DNA from: an uncultured Bacteroidales bacterium
GTDB lineage: Bacteria; Bacteroidota; Bacteroidia; Bacteroidales; Paludibacteraceae
Reading direction: 5' to 3'
NCBI GenBank assembly: GCA_903927945.1
Contig: CAIYOZ010000158.1
Coordinates: 1-54,471 of the forward strand
DNA: 54,471 bases
Positions 39,001 to 47,185 of this stretch are shown here, one piece after another. Each line of letters starts with the position of its first letter. Position 1 is the stretch's first letter. The position numbers and the translations under genes are program-made. The notes below the pieces were generated by a model. That model had not been told where the DNA came from, made no database searches, and saw only the letters and a program-made list of their open reading frames with translations.

Positions 39001-40499
39001 CCCACAGCCGAATGCATCTTACCAACAATCACCTGATAATCTGCCCCACTAATAAATGAGAGGTTGTTGGTTGTATTTCTATAATGATGCGGTAGAAAAC
39101 TCATCACTGTTTGTCCACCCAATGCTGTCGTCTGAAGGTTTTTAGTATCTATTTTGAATTCGGTGGATATGTTTCCGCCTGTGATCTGATAATCATAACT
39201 GTAGGTTGTATTTACCGGTAAATTCCGGGCGTAGGCATCATAGGTTGAAAGCATATTCCGGGAAGGCAGATCGGAAACCACCAAATACTGTGGACCACTT
39301 ACAGGAATTTCAACCTGAAAATCTTCTCCTTTTGATTTATAAAGATTGCTTCCGGTTGGAAGGTGAATGCCGTAGATCCTACCTCCGAATTCCATGGTAC
39401 AAGCATCCACTTGCACTGGGAAATTAACAACCTGATTCCCGTTTATATCGTAGATAATCGAGGCAGTACCAGGTTTCAAGATGGGAACAAGATTGTTTAA
39501 TTCAACCCATGTAAACGGAACCCCATGTACCAACGTTACATTCATGTACCTTCCATTGGCATCCTGACTCCGGAAGGTAAAACCCAGGTCAGTCCAGTCA
39601 TACACATTCGAACTTAAAGGAGCAAAATCTGTTGGATAGCCTGTTCCGGCAAAGGTAGAGTTTGAAAAAACAATATCGTCACACATAATAAATCCCCATC
39701 CACCGGTAGAATTATCCACGATGTGTATTTCTGCACTCTGTCCGATATAAGCTGACACATCCCAGGTCCGTTGAGTCAGGTTAGCACTATTTTGCCCGGT
39801 TTCGGCAAATATCCTGGCTCCATTGATAAATAAACCGACGTAAGTATCATTTATATAATTTCCGCCTCCTACTGAAAGACGGATATAATTTTTACTGATC
39901 ACAAAACTATTCGAGGTGAGTGATAATTTAGCGGCATTTCCATTAAAGGAGTTTACGAAACGGGTTCCTCCGAATCCATTGGGTGTAGGGCTTTGTGTTA
40001 TTTCAGACAATGCTACCGGGCCCGAAAAGGCGGGGTTAGAGGCTACTATCCAACCTGAAGGGTAGGTCTTGCTTTCGAAATCGGCAAACACAATGGCTTC
40101 ATCATTCACTTGAAGTTTAGATGCTCCTTTTACTTCCAGGAAAGGAGTAGTAACCATAGATGCACCCAAAAAACCATTTGGTATTTTGATATTGATCCCT
40201 TCGTTATCGGCGGAAACTGCCTGCGGATATGCCCATGCTTCCCCTCCATATTGTGAAAAGACATAGTTTGTCCACCATTTATTAGTGGGTAGAGGTTTAT
40301 GGCGGGCATTCTCATGAATATACAGATTGTTCCAGTTATCCCTGAACCAACTGTACGGTTTTGCGAAATATCCATCATCATTTGCCACACTATCAGGTGG
40401 AAACTCAGCATAACTCCCTGCTCCAACCTGAATTGGTTGTTGAGCAAATAATCTAAACGCAAAATACAAACAAATTAAACAAATAATGACTCTTTTCAT
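36024..40499 (-). CDS. GH81 endo-beta-1,3-glucanase with an inserted CBM-like module, Ig-like domain, CBM6, two PKD-like domains and T9SS CTD
   Basis: PLPTNKWW, FNDLHFHYGYF, LRTFDPYLGHSFAGG and GNNQESTSEA; IGYTNAGEWYEYTVNV (CBM6); PIANAG and PVANPG PKD; IFPNPF CTD. Confidence 0.92.
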   Translation of the reverse strand: MKRVIICLICLYFAFRLFAQQPIQVGAGSYAEFPPDSVANDDGYFAKPYSWFRDNWNNLYIHENARHKPLPTNKWWTNYVFSQYGGEAWAYPQAVSADNEGINIKIPNGFLGASMVTTPFLEVKGASKLQVNDEAIVFADFESKTYPSGWIVASNPAFSGPVALSEITQSPTPNGFGGTRFVNSFNGNAAKLSLTSNSFVISKNYIRLSVGGGNYINDTYVGLFINGARIFAETGQNSANLTQRTWDVSAYIGQSAEIHIVDNSTGGWGFIMCDDIVFSNSTFAGTGYPTDFAPLSSNVYDWTDLGFTFRSQDANGRYMNVTLVHGVPFTWVELNNLVPILKPGTASIIYDINGNQVVNFPVQVDACTMEFGGRIYGIHLPTGSNLYKSKGEDFQVEIPVSGPQYLVVSDLPSRNMLSTYDAYARNLPVNTTYSYDYQITGGNISTEFKIDTKNLQTTALGGQTVMSFLPHHYRNTTNNLSFISGADYQVIVGKMHSAVGNDFKLNYKFGGMPPYLPQPMNMTDLQKSRMNAMLTTRAAASGGYNGNTYAKGLGEESNMMLMAREEGNAGFGTLKTNLKTELQDWLTYDPSEANKKQYFFAKYPNYGAIIGFPPGYGSQGFNDLHFHYGYFAMGAARLMMVDDDFKKNYAGMIKLVTKSFANWKHYPDGDDYLPFLRTFDPYLGHSFAGGTGDGGGNNQESTSEAVHSWFGIYLLGIELNDPEITNTGAMGYLLESTAAREYWLNMYGDNFPSTYTKQYAGIVRTDNLGWGTYFSGDPGWMLGIQAVPCDFFYQYLGQDSTKMSSIWNSMVADRTTNLYDPDGTGPLPSIPFSSTTDKYQNIVNMGSYLGGYHVNLLNSFQPDYTTRIVDSLYVKGGDWASDVNSTTNYYMSNAILTYGTPAPGYNTSIASGAVYKNKKGELTYLLYNPTSSDVNVGIYKDGIVIETIKVGAGKYYNSRIVGGQKPTVSIISQKANDKLALNSPVKVTASASDKDGNVQSVKFYLGNDSIGIAYADPFQITFKPTVAGITNLKAIATDNDGINSDPFVVAVEVLTTGQTPYNANPWNIPADKILAVQFDNGGPEIACHDNEIAIQGGNNLRASTGVETENSNGTDGNIGYTNAGEWYEYTVNVQTAGVYSFTPHLSSAGGGTMHVEIDGIDKTGAIVINKTGSWGTYKDTLAANIPLQSGIHVMRISIDKAGMNLSSYKFAITVANMPPIANAGVDQVVLWPTSSVTLAGTGQGLAGAAITGYSWKQVDSNSPVTFSNAAIASPVISNLALGTYQFDLTVTDNHGLTAIDKVVVLVKPGNFAPVANPGNSMTILPSVQQLILDGSASYDPDGNIVKYLWKQIDTNSPLTMSQLNQLDPTVKVSGFVPGKLYIFQLSVTDNLGVTSSENVRVVVDGITGIPEFQNQQIAIFPNPFTNRLVISMDVNAGFKKLTIHSLTGSLIMSKDITDQTVINLDTSEIYSGYYILTLTSDHGIVTRKIIK

Positions 40500-40622
40500 C
40501 TTGATACGAATTAAATGGACTAAAATATTTCTTTAACTGAATAACCGGATTCATCAGAAAACCTATAATTAAATAAAGTATATATTCGAAGGTGTTGATA
40601 ATTTGAAGGTGTATATGAATGT

Positions 40623-43600
40623 TTATTTCTTTAAAATTTGAACGACTTTACAGATTCTCCCCTTTGATAATAAGGCTATACAATAATTTCCCGAAGAAAC
40701 ACCATTCAACGAAACCTGATTAGAGTTCACCGAAAACACTCTTAAGAGAATTCCATTCATATCATATAATTGCACACCATCAATATGCTTGTTTTCAGTA
40801 TTTTGGATATAGAATGTATCATGAACCGGGTTTGGATAAATGAAAATTTCGTTGTTTGATACCTCAATAAGGCCTGTTGCAGGATTACTCACCACTTTCA
40901 CTATATCAAAATCCACATCTTTTCCATCATCAACAGTCAATTTAAAATAGTATTCTCCTTGCTTTAATCCTGTAATCTGAGTCAAGGCAGATGTTGGTTT
41001 CAGAATGGTGGCACTGGATGGACCGGCCAGTTGTTCCCATTTATATACTAACGGGTCAGCATCAGCATCAACGCTCGAATTCCCATTCAGAACAGCATCT
41101 CCTGAAGTCAATAAACTATTCCCGGCATTTGCCACAGGTACATGGTTGGTCGAACTGATGAATGATCCGCTCAGGTTGAATGAATAAAAGGACGACCCAT
41201 AGGTGGTTGCCCGCTGAACACAATTCACTTTCAAGTAACGCCCGGACAGTGAACTGGTATTTGGAATAGTGCTGGTTCCTCCGGTAAAAACACTGTTTGT
41301 ATAAAGTGGAAACCACGTGTTATTGTCGGCGGAAATTTGAATATTAAATACTTTGGCATAGGCCGCTTCCCATACCATATTTATAGTTGTAGGCATTACT
41401 TGATGCTGAAGGTCAACCTGCCACCACTGGTTTTCGGCGAAAGCAGAAGACCATCTGGTAGTTGAATTCCCATCGACTGCCATATCAGCGCTTGTAGCCG
41501 ATGTTTCTACCCCTGAACTGGTGGTTGGTTTCATAAATGCCAGATCAGAACCTGATCCCGGGGTTGAAACAGTTATCGTGACTTGCATGGAATTCGATCC
41601 GGAAGTATTCGATCCGGTAAGTTTAAATACGTATGTCCCTGATGTTTTAAACTTTACCAACGTCAAGGGTGAAGTTGGATCAACAATCACAGCATCGGTC
41701 GGGCCGGATACTAGACTCCAGAGATAGTCCAGTTTATCCTTCACGATGGCTCCTCCGGAAAGTGTTCCATTCAATATCGTTTTCGCATAAGGCAAGTAAA
41801 GCTGTGATTCTACCGGGGCAACCTCAACATCAGGAAATTGTTGTAGTATTTTCCCATTCACCACTACTTCGAAGATTGAAAAACCGTAGAATATCCCGTT
41901 AATTGGAATTCTCTGCAGGCAGGTAATCCTGATATAGCGGCCTTGAATTGAATTGACAGGATAGGATTCGGTGCCACCTGCTCCGGCGGTTATACTATCA
42001 AGTAAGGTCCAGTTCGTACCATTAAGCGATGATTCAATCTTATATACCTTTGCGTAGGCACTTTCCCAATAGATAGTGATTTTATGAAGTTCTGCAATTG
42101 CCAGTAAATCGATGGTAGCATATTCGTTATCCGTTTTTCCGGATTCCCATCGGGAAGTCAGATCACCATCCACCATCGAAGCAGCCAGATTTGTGCCATT
42201 CGCCGAAGAGGTTGTTACCGGTTTTTGATAAGCCAGATTTGATATTTTAGGGTCTAATAGTGGATCAAACACCTCATAGGCTCTGGAAAAAGAATTATTT
42301 GTGGCATCCCATTCCACAGCTGCACCCTGATTGAAGGAAAGATCACCTGAAATGGTGGTTTTGCCGATTTGATCTGAAGTCCATACTCCGGTAGAGGCAA
42401 TCAATTGAACCTGACCCGGGGCGATGGCTGTAGTGACATTATCTGAAGTCGCCACTTTTACTCCATTTACGGAATAATCTATTTTAAAGGGAGAACCAAC
42501 GGCATTAACTGCATTACCCTGATTTTTTACCAGCGCGTAAAAACTCACTTGTTGACCTTGTAAAGGATATCGGGGCATGGTATAAATCTGTGTAATCTTC
42601 AGATCAGGTCTTTGTTCTCCGTCAGTCAAGGTAATGTCTTTCGCAAGTGGTAAATTATCAGAAGAACCACCCACTCTCAATGTGAAATTTCCTGATTGCG
42701 CCTGGTATTGCGTCCCATTCCAGTAATAGAAATCTTCAGCTTTTAACTGAAAAGTCACTGTCTGTGTCTCACCTGCCTGGAGTGCAATACGTTTAAAGCC
42801 CCGAAGTTGTTTCTTTGGCATCCATACATCTGCCGTTGAAGGTGAACTGATGTAGAGTTGAGCTACTTCTTCCCCTGACACACTGCCGGTATTGGTAATG
42901 TCAACCGATACTGATACAGGTTGTCCGGAAACTGTAGCAGACGATACAATCAGATTTTTGTAGGAATAGGTGGTATAGCTTAATCCAAAACCAAAAGCAA
43001 ATTCCGGGGTAATGTTCTTTTCGTCGAACCAACGATAGCCTCCATCCAGATTGTTGGTGAACATTCGAAAGCTATCTTCAGCCCACGAAGGCAAATCACT
43101 GTCTTGTTTTGGCATGGTTACCGGCATACGGCCTGCCGGATTATAATCTCCAAACATGACATCCGAAATGGCAGTTCCTGCTTCCTGTGCGGCATAGAAC
43201 GAATAAATAAACCCTTTGATAGAGGGCAGACAATAATTCATCCCGCAAACTCCTCCACTTTGAATGACCACAACGATATTGGGATTGACAGCAGCCAGTT
43301 GCTGAATGAGTAATTGCTGTTGTCCAGGTAGCGCTATCGAACCACTTTTACGGTCGGCACCGGTATTGTATCCTTCGCCTTCCTGGGTGGCATCGAGCCC
43401 TCCGGCAAAGACGACCACATCGGCTGTGGCTGCAACCGCCAGGGCATCTGCAAATCCCGTCCTTGAATCGGAATTCACATCACAACCAACGGAGTATAAT
43501 ACGTTTGAAGTCCCAATTTTAGCTTCTAACCCGGCTTTTACACTGATAGCATAGGGTGGAAATGTTTCGCTGCTGCCGTAGCAATTCAAGTTGGCTCCCG

Positions 43601-44711
43601 TGGCATTTGGTCCAATCAATGCTATTTTGATTCCTGTTTTTTTCAAAGGAAGAATCGGAGTTCCATCTGATTTTTTGTCATTCTTTAGTAAGATGATCGA
43701 TTTTTGGGCTGCCAGTTTATTCGTGGCATTAATATCTGCTGTTTTTGCATAACTGGCATCTCCTACCGGAAAATAATCCATCATCCCTGTCAATATCTTC
43801 GTGCGTAATATTCTTTTGACAGCATTATCCAGGTCGGCATTCGTCACTCCGCCATTGGCGTATAAACCGGGCAAATCGGTCGCATAATTGTTGGCACCCA
43901 TACAAATATCTGTCCCTGCTTTCAGTGCTTTTTGCGAACTGACAATGGCACCCCAGTCGGATACGACATAGAAAGGATACCCCCAGCGTTGTCTCAAAAC
44001 AGTGTTTAACAACGCGGTACTCTCACAGCATTTATCACCATTAATCTGATTATAAGCACCCATGACACTCATGACCCCTGCTTCCTGAACAACAGTCCTG
44101 AAATTATATCCCGAAAAATCCATTAACCAACGATCGGTAGCGATCACATTCATATTGAAACGATCCGACTGTTTGCTTTCACCCATAAAATGCTTTACGG
44201 TGGCAATAATCGGACTTCGTTGAATCCCTATGGCTACTGATTTACCAATGTTTCCAGCCAGGTATGAATCTTCGCCTCCACTTTCGGCACTTCTACCTCC
44301 ACGTGGATCACGACAAATATCAATACAAGGGCCTAGCTGTTCGTTCCTGTTAAAGGCCCAAAACTCTACTCCCATGGCCTCTCCAACCTTCGTCACGGCA
44401 TCCACATCCCAGGTGGAAGCCATTGCTATGCCTGTCGGGAATGCAGTGGCTGTACGCCCATTTCTATCGGCGGCAAACCGAACTCCGTGAGGACCATCAT
44501 CCATAGCAAATCCGGGTATGCCCAATCGTGTATTGCTTGGTGTTCCACCAAAACTGCTGTTGATAAGTTGATTGATCTTCTCTTGGGGGGTCATGGCATC
44601 GACCAGGTCATTAATTCTCTTCTCCAGGAAAGATTGAGCATAAACCTGAACACATGAAAAAAGTAGGATCAGAAGGAATAGAAACAGTTTAGCAATCGGG
44701 GTGGATTTCAT
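40623..44711 (-). CDS. Secreted GH3 beta-glucosidase with Fn3-like, CARDB, 2x CBM32, 2x PKD-like and T9SS CTD
   Basis: DGPHGVR, FPTGIAMASTWD, RDPRGGRSAESGGED, KHF, VVSDW and FGFGLSYT; PDLKIT (CARDB); NLAYQKPV and DLAFMKPT (CBM32); IYPNPV CTD. Confidence 0.9.
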   Translation of the reverse strand: MKSTPIAKLFLFLLILLFSCVQVYAQSFLEKRINDLVDAMTPQEKINQLINSSFGGTPSNTRLGIPGFAMDDGPHGVRFAADRNGRTATAFPTGIAMASTWDVDAVTKVGEAMGVEFWAFNRNEQLGPCIDICRDPRGGRSAESGGEDSYLAGNIGKSVAIGIQRSPIIATVKHFMGESKQSDRFNMNVIATDRWLMDFSGYNFRTVVQEAGVMSVMGAYNQINGDKCCESTALLNTVLRQRWGYPFYVVSDWGAIVSSQKALKAGTDICMGANNYATDLPGLYANGGVTNADLDNAVKRILRTKILTGMMDYFPVGDASYAKTADINATNKLAAQKSIILLKNDKKSDGTPILPLKKTGIKIALIGPNATGANLNCYGSSETFPPYAISVKAGLEAKIGTSNVLYSVGCDVNSDSRTGFADALAVAATADVVVFAGGLDATQEGEGYNTGADRKSGSIALPGQQQLLIQQLAAVNPNIVVVIQSGGVCGMNYCLPSIKGFIYSFYAAQEAGTAISDVMFGDYNPAGRMPVTMPKQDSDLPSWAEDSFRMFTNNLDGGYRWFDEKNITPEFAFGFGLSYTTYSYKNLIVSSATVSGQPVSVSVDITNTGSVSGEEVAQLYISSPSTADVWMPKKQLRGFKRIALQAGETQTVTFQLKAEDFYYWNGTQYQAQSGNFTLRVGGSSDNLPLAKDITLTDGEQRPDLKITQIYTMPRYPLQGQQVSFYALVKNQGNAVNAVGSPFKIDYSVNGVKVATSDNVTTAIAPGQVQLIASTGVWTSDQIGKTTISGDLSFNQGAAVEWDATNNSFSRAYEVFDPLLDPKISNLAYQKPVTTSSANGTNLAASMVDGDLTSRWESGKTDNEYATIDLLAIAELHKITIYWESAYAKVYKIESSLNGTNWTLLDSITAGAGGTESYPVNSIQGRYIRITCLQRIPINGIFYGFSIFEVVVNGKILQQFPDVEVAPVESQLYLPYAKTILNGTLSGGAIVKDKLDYLWSLVSGPTDAVIVDPTSPLTLVKFKTSGTYVFKLTGSNTSGSNSMQVTITVSTPGSGSDLAFMKPTTSSGVETSATSADMAVDGNSTTRWSSAFAENQWWQVDLQHQVMPTTINMVWEAAYAKVFNIQISADNNTWFPLYTNSVFTGGTSTIPNTSSLSGRYLKVNCVQRATTYGSSFYSFNLSGSFISSTNHVPVANAGNSLLTSGDAVLNGNSSVDADADPLVYKWEQLAGPSSATILKPTSALTQITGLKQGEYYFKLTVDDGKDVDFDIVKVVSNPATGLIEVSNNEIFIYPNPVHDTFYIQNTENKHIDGVQLYDMNGILLRVFSVNSNQVSLNGVSSGNYCIALLSKGRICKVVQILKK

Positions 44712-44811
44712 TTACGTTGATGATTAAAGGCATAATAATAGCCTATGCATGAATGGTTCACGCAAAAACTGAAAAATTAATTTATAACGGAAAGAAAAAC
44801 GGAAAGAAAAA

Positions 44812-44850
44812 AATAAAGGAAGAAGGTAATAAATACCTTCCTCCTTTATT
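44812..44850 (-). terminator. Stem-loop with U-tract after the 762-aa gene
   Basis: AATAAAGGAAGAAGGTA / TACCTTCCTCCTTTATT; the mismatch is G-U on the minus strand; followed by a U-run. Confidence 0.65.
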
Positions 44851-44856
44851 AATTGA

Positions 44857-47145
44857 TTATTGAATTTCCAGTTTTGAAGATTGTTTAATACCTGCTTTAT
44901 CGGTGGTACGAACAATGTACAAACCTTTAGCAAAAGATGAAACATTCATGGAATTACTGTTCAACACGGAATGAACCAATTGTCCCTGAAGTGAATACAG
45001 TGCTATTTCAGACACTTCACCCGTTACATAGATTTTATCTGTGGCAGGGTTTGGATAAACAACTGAAGAATTCAAAGTTACTTGCTGATTTGCTGTACCT
45101 ACATCATTTTTAGAGGCAACCGCTGAATTATTTCCCACAAAGTCAATGGCTTTTACAGTCACAACACTTGAAGGGTTTACCATATTATACGTGAACGTTG
45201 ATCCACCTAAATCAAAAAGTGTAACTGGTGTTTGTCCTGTTTCTGATACTAGATAACTTTTCACTCCACTTAAATCATCGCTGGAAGCAGGCCATGTAAG
45301 AGAGCTTCCTGCTAATGTCAATACTGGTGTTGATGGACCTGTTATATCGGTTTGTCCGCTATCTCCAACTACATATGTAAATGTTCCGGTAAAATAATTT
45401 CCACCTGCTATAATACCTCCCACACCTGCTGATCCCCAATAAACTGACCATTTAACTTGTAATGATGTGCCTGCAGTGATGGCCGTTGTTCCAATAGTGC
45501 CCGTAAAGGTTGTTGTTGCCGTTAAACTATCAGCACTTATTGTAAGTGGATAAGTCGTGCTCCCAATTACAATTGTTGGATGATTAAATTTCTTGCTTCT
45601 GCTCGCCCCTGCAGGAATCTTTAATGATTTTGTCGTACAACCGAGAGTTAAAGTATTTCCTGATTGTTGAATAATAGTAACCAATTCCCCTCCCGGTGCT
45701 ACCGGTAGAATAAGAGTATTGTAATTTGTTGTAGTACTGTCCTTTATACTACTGCGGGCATTCATTGTTTTTACAGTCAGTGTTTTTGCTGCTGCTGTAT
45801 TTCCAGACAAATCATAAGGAGTAACAGTAAGATTATATACTTTACCCGGATCGATATCTGTTAAGAAATAATCACCAGTTCTAAAAGCATTAACTGAAGA
45901 TGATTTTGAACCGGTAATTTTATAATATACAGTTCCACTATTATCACTTCCATTGATATTTAATTTCACGTAACTTGGAGCTGCATCTTTTAATGTTACG
46001 CTGCTTAAAACAGGAGCAGTTGTTTCAGCTTCGGCAGGAGAAATGGAACCACCCATTTGATGTTTGATTGCTGTACCAGACAATATTCCTGAAGTTATCG
46101 TACCATTTACAGTCACCCAATCCGAATAATCAGGAAGACCTGGTGCTAACCAGTAACCACAATTAATTGATATAATTTTGTTGGCAATGTTGGCATCGGA
46201 GGTAACTGCATAAGCATAGGTACTATCCGGGCTGATTGTAGGTTTGATTTCTGCTAATTGTGTTCCCCCTGTAGGTGTAATTTTTAAAGAAGTATCGCGG
46301 AATTTTTTAGTTGGATCTACCGGTTGGTAATAAAATTCAAATTTTGTTGCTGTACTTTTGAGAACGAACTTAACTCCTTGAGCAATGCCAGACGTAATTT
46401 GAACCAAACCAGAGGTTGTAAAGTTTACATTTGCAGGTATTCCTTCATTTCCACTAAAATCAATAGGTGTAACCGTCATATTATAAGCGGTTAACGGACT
46501 TAGACCAGTTAAAGTAATACTTGGTAGAAATGAAACCTCTGCTATACCGTTTCCAGTAATATAATAAAATAAGTCACTTTGATCATCACTTCCTGTAAAA
46601 TTAAGTGTAGCACTCGTTTCAGTAACACCAGAACTAGTACATGATGTAATGACTGGAACTGTTACATCACCTGAAACAGAGCTGTTTTTAAGTGTTGGAT
46701 CATAAGTTATACGAGCTGTTTCGCAATCTCCTCCTGGGGTTAAACCTTGATAGAAGGATAGCTGCAATGGTGAAGGTATTGCACTCGTGGTAGATCCATA
46801 AGTTTGTTGAATGCCAACACGAGAAGTCAAGTTATTTTCTGTTTTATTGCCAAAAGTAGTACCACCCCAATAACGAAGTTGAGATGAATAAGAAGCATTC
46901 CCAAGAATTGCTCCTGTTGCATTTGTCCAAGCCCATGATTTAGTACCAATAGTCACTACTTTGTAATCAAATGTTACTCCTGCTTGAACACTTGAAAGCA
47001 CAATAGGATTTGCATTATATTGTAAGTAAATTGGTAACCCTGTCCCTTTTACAGAACCATGATTTAAATTAGCCATAACACTAAAAGTGAGAAATGGAAT
47101 GCATACGAGCATTAACCCCATTTTTTTGAGAATAGATGTTTTCAT
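44857..47145 (-). CDS. Secreted non-catalytic modular protein: three unknown modules alternating with Fn3-like domains, T9SS CTD
   Basis: Signal peptide; repeated P..DFSGN, PYDLSGN and AIDFVGN Fn3-type endings; VYPNPA...GLYIVR CTD; no GH motif seen. Confidence 0.7.
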   Translation of the reverse strand: MKTSILKKMGLMLVCIPFLTFSVMANLNHGSVKGTGLPIYLQYNANPIVLSSVQAGVTFDYKVVTIGTKSWAWTNATGAILGNASYSSQLRYWGGTTFGNKTENNLTSRVGIQQTYGSTTSAIPSPLQLSFYQGLTPGGDCETARITYDPTLKNSSVSGDVTVPVITSCTSSGVTETSATLNFTGSDDQSDLFYYITGNGIAEVSFLPSITLTGLSPLTAYNMTVTPIDFSGNEGIPANVNFTTSGLVQITSGIAQGVKFVLKSTATKFEFYYQPVDPTKKFRDTSLKITPTGGTQLAEIKPTISPDSTYAYAVTSDANIANKIISINCGYWLAPGLPDYSDWVTVNGTITSGILSGTAIKHQMGGSISPAEAETTAPVLSSVTLKDAAPSYVKLNINGSDNSGTVYYKITGSKSSSVNAFRTGDYFLTDIDPGKVYNLTVTPYDLSGNTAAAKTLTVKTMNARSSIKDSTTTNYNTLILPVAPGGELVTIIQQSGNTLTLGCTTKSLKIPAGASRSKKFNHPTIVIGSTTYPLTISADSLTATTTFTGTIGTTAITAGTSLQVKWSVYWGSAGVGGIIAGGNYFTGTFTYVVGDSGQTDITGPSTPVLTLAGSSLTWPASSDDLSGVKSYLVSETGQTPVTLFDLGGSTFTYNMVNPSSVVTVKAIDFVGNNSAVASKNDVGTANQQVTLNSSVVYPNPATDKIYVTGEVSEIALYSLQGQLVHSVLNSNSMNVSSFAKGLYIVRTTDKAGIKQSSKLEIQ

Positions 47146-47185
47146 AAATTTTAAAATTTTAAATTAGTAATTAATTAAAGGATTA

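Noticed and set aside
44724-44945. 73-aa minus-strand ORF
   Set aside because: Overlaps the 762-aa gene end and its terminator; low complexity.
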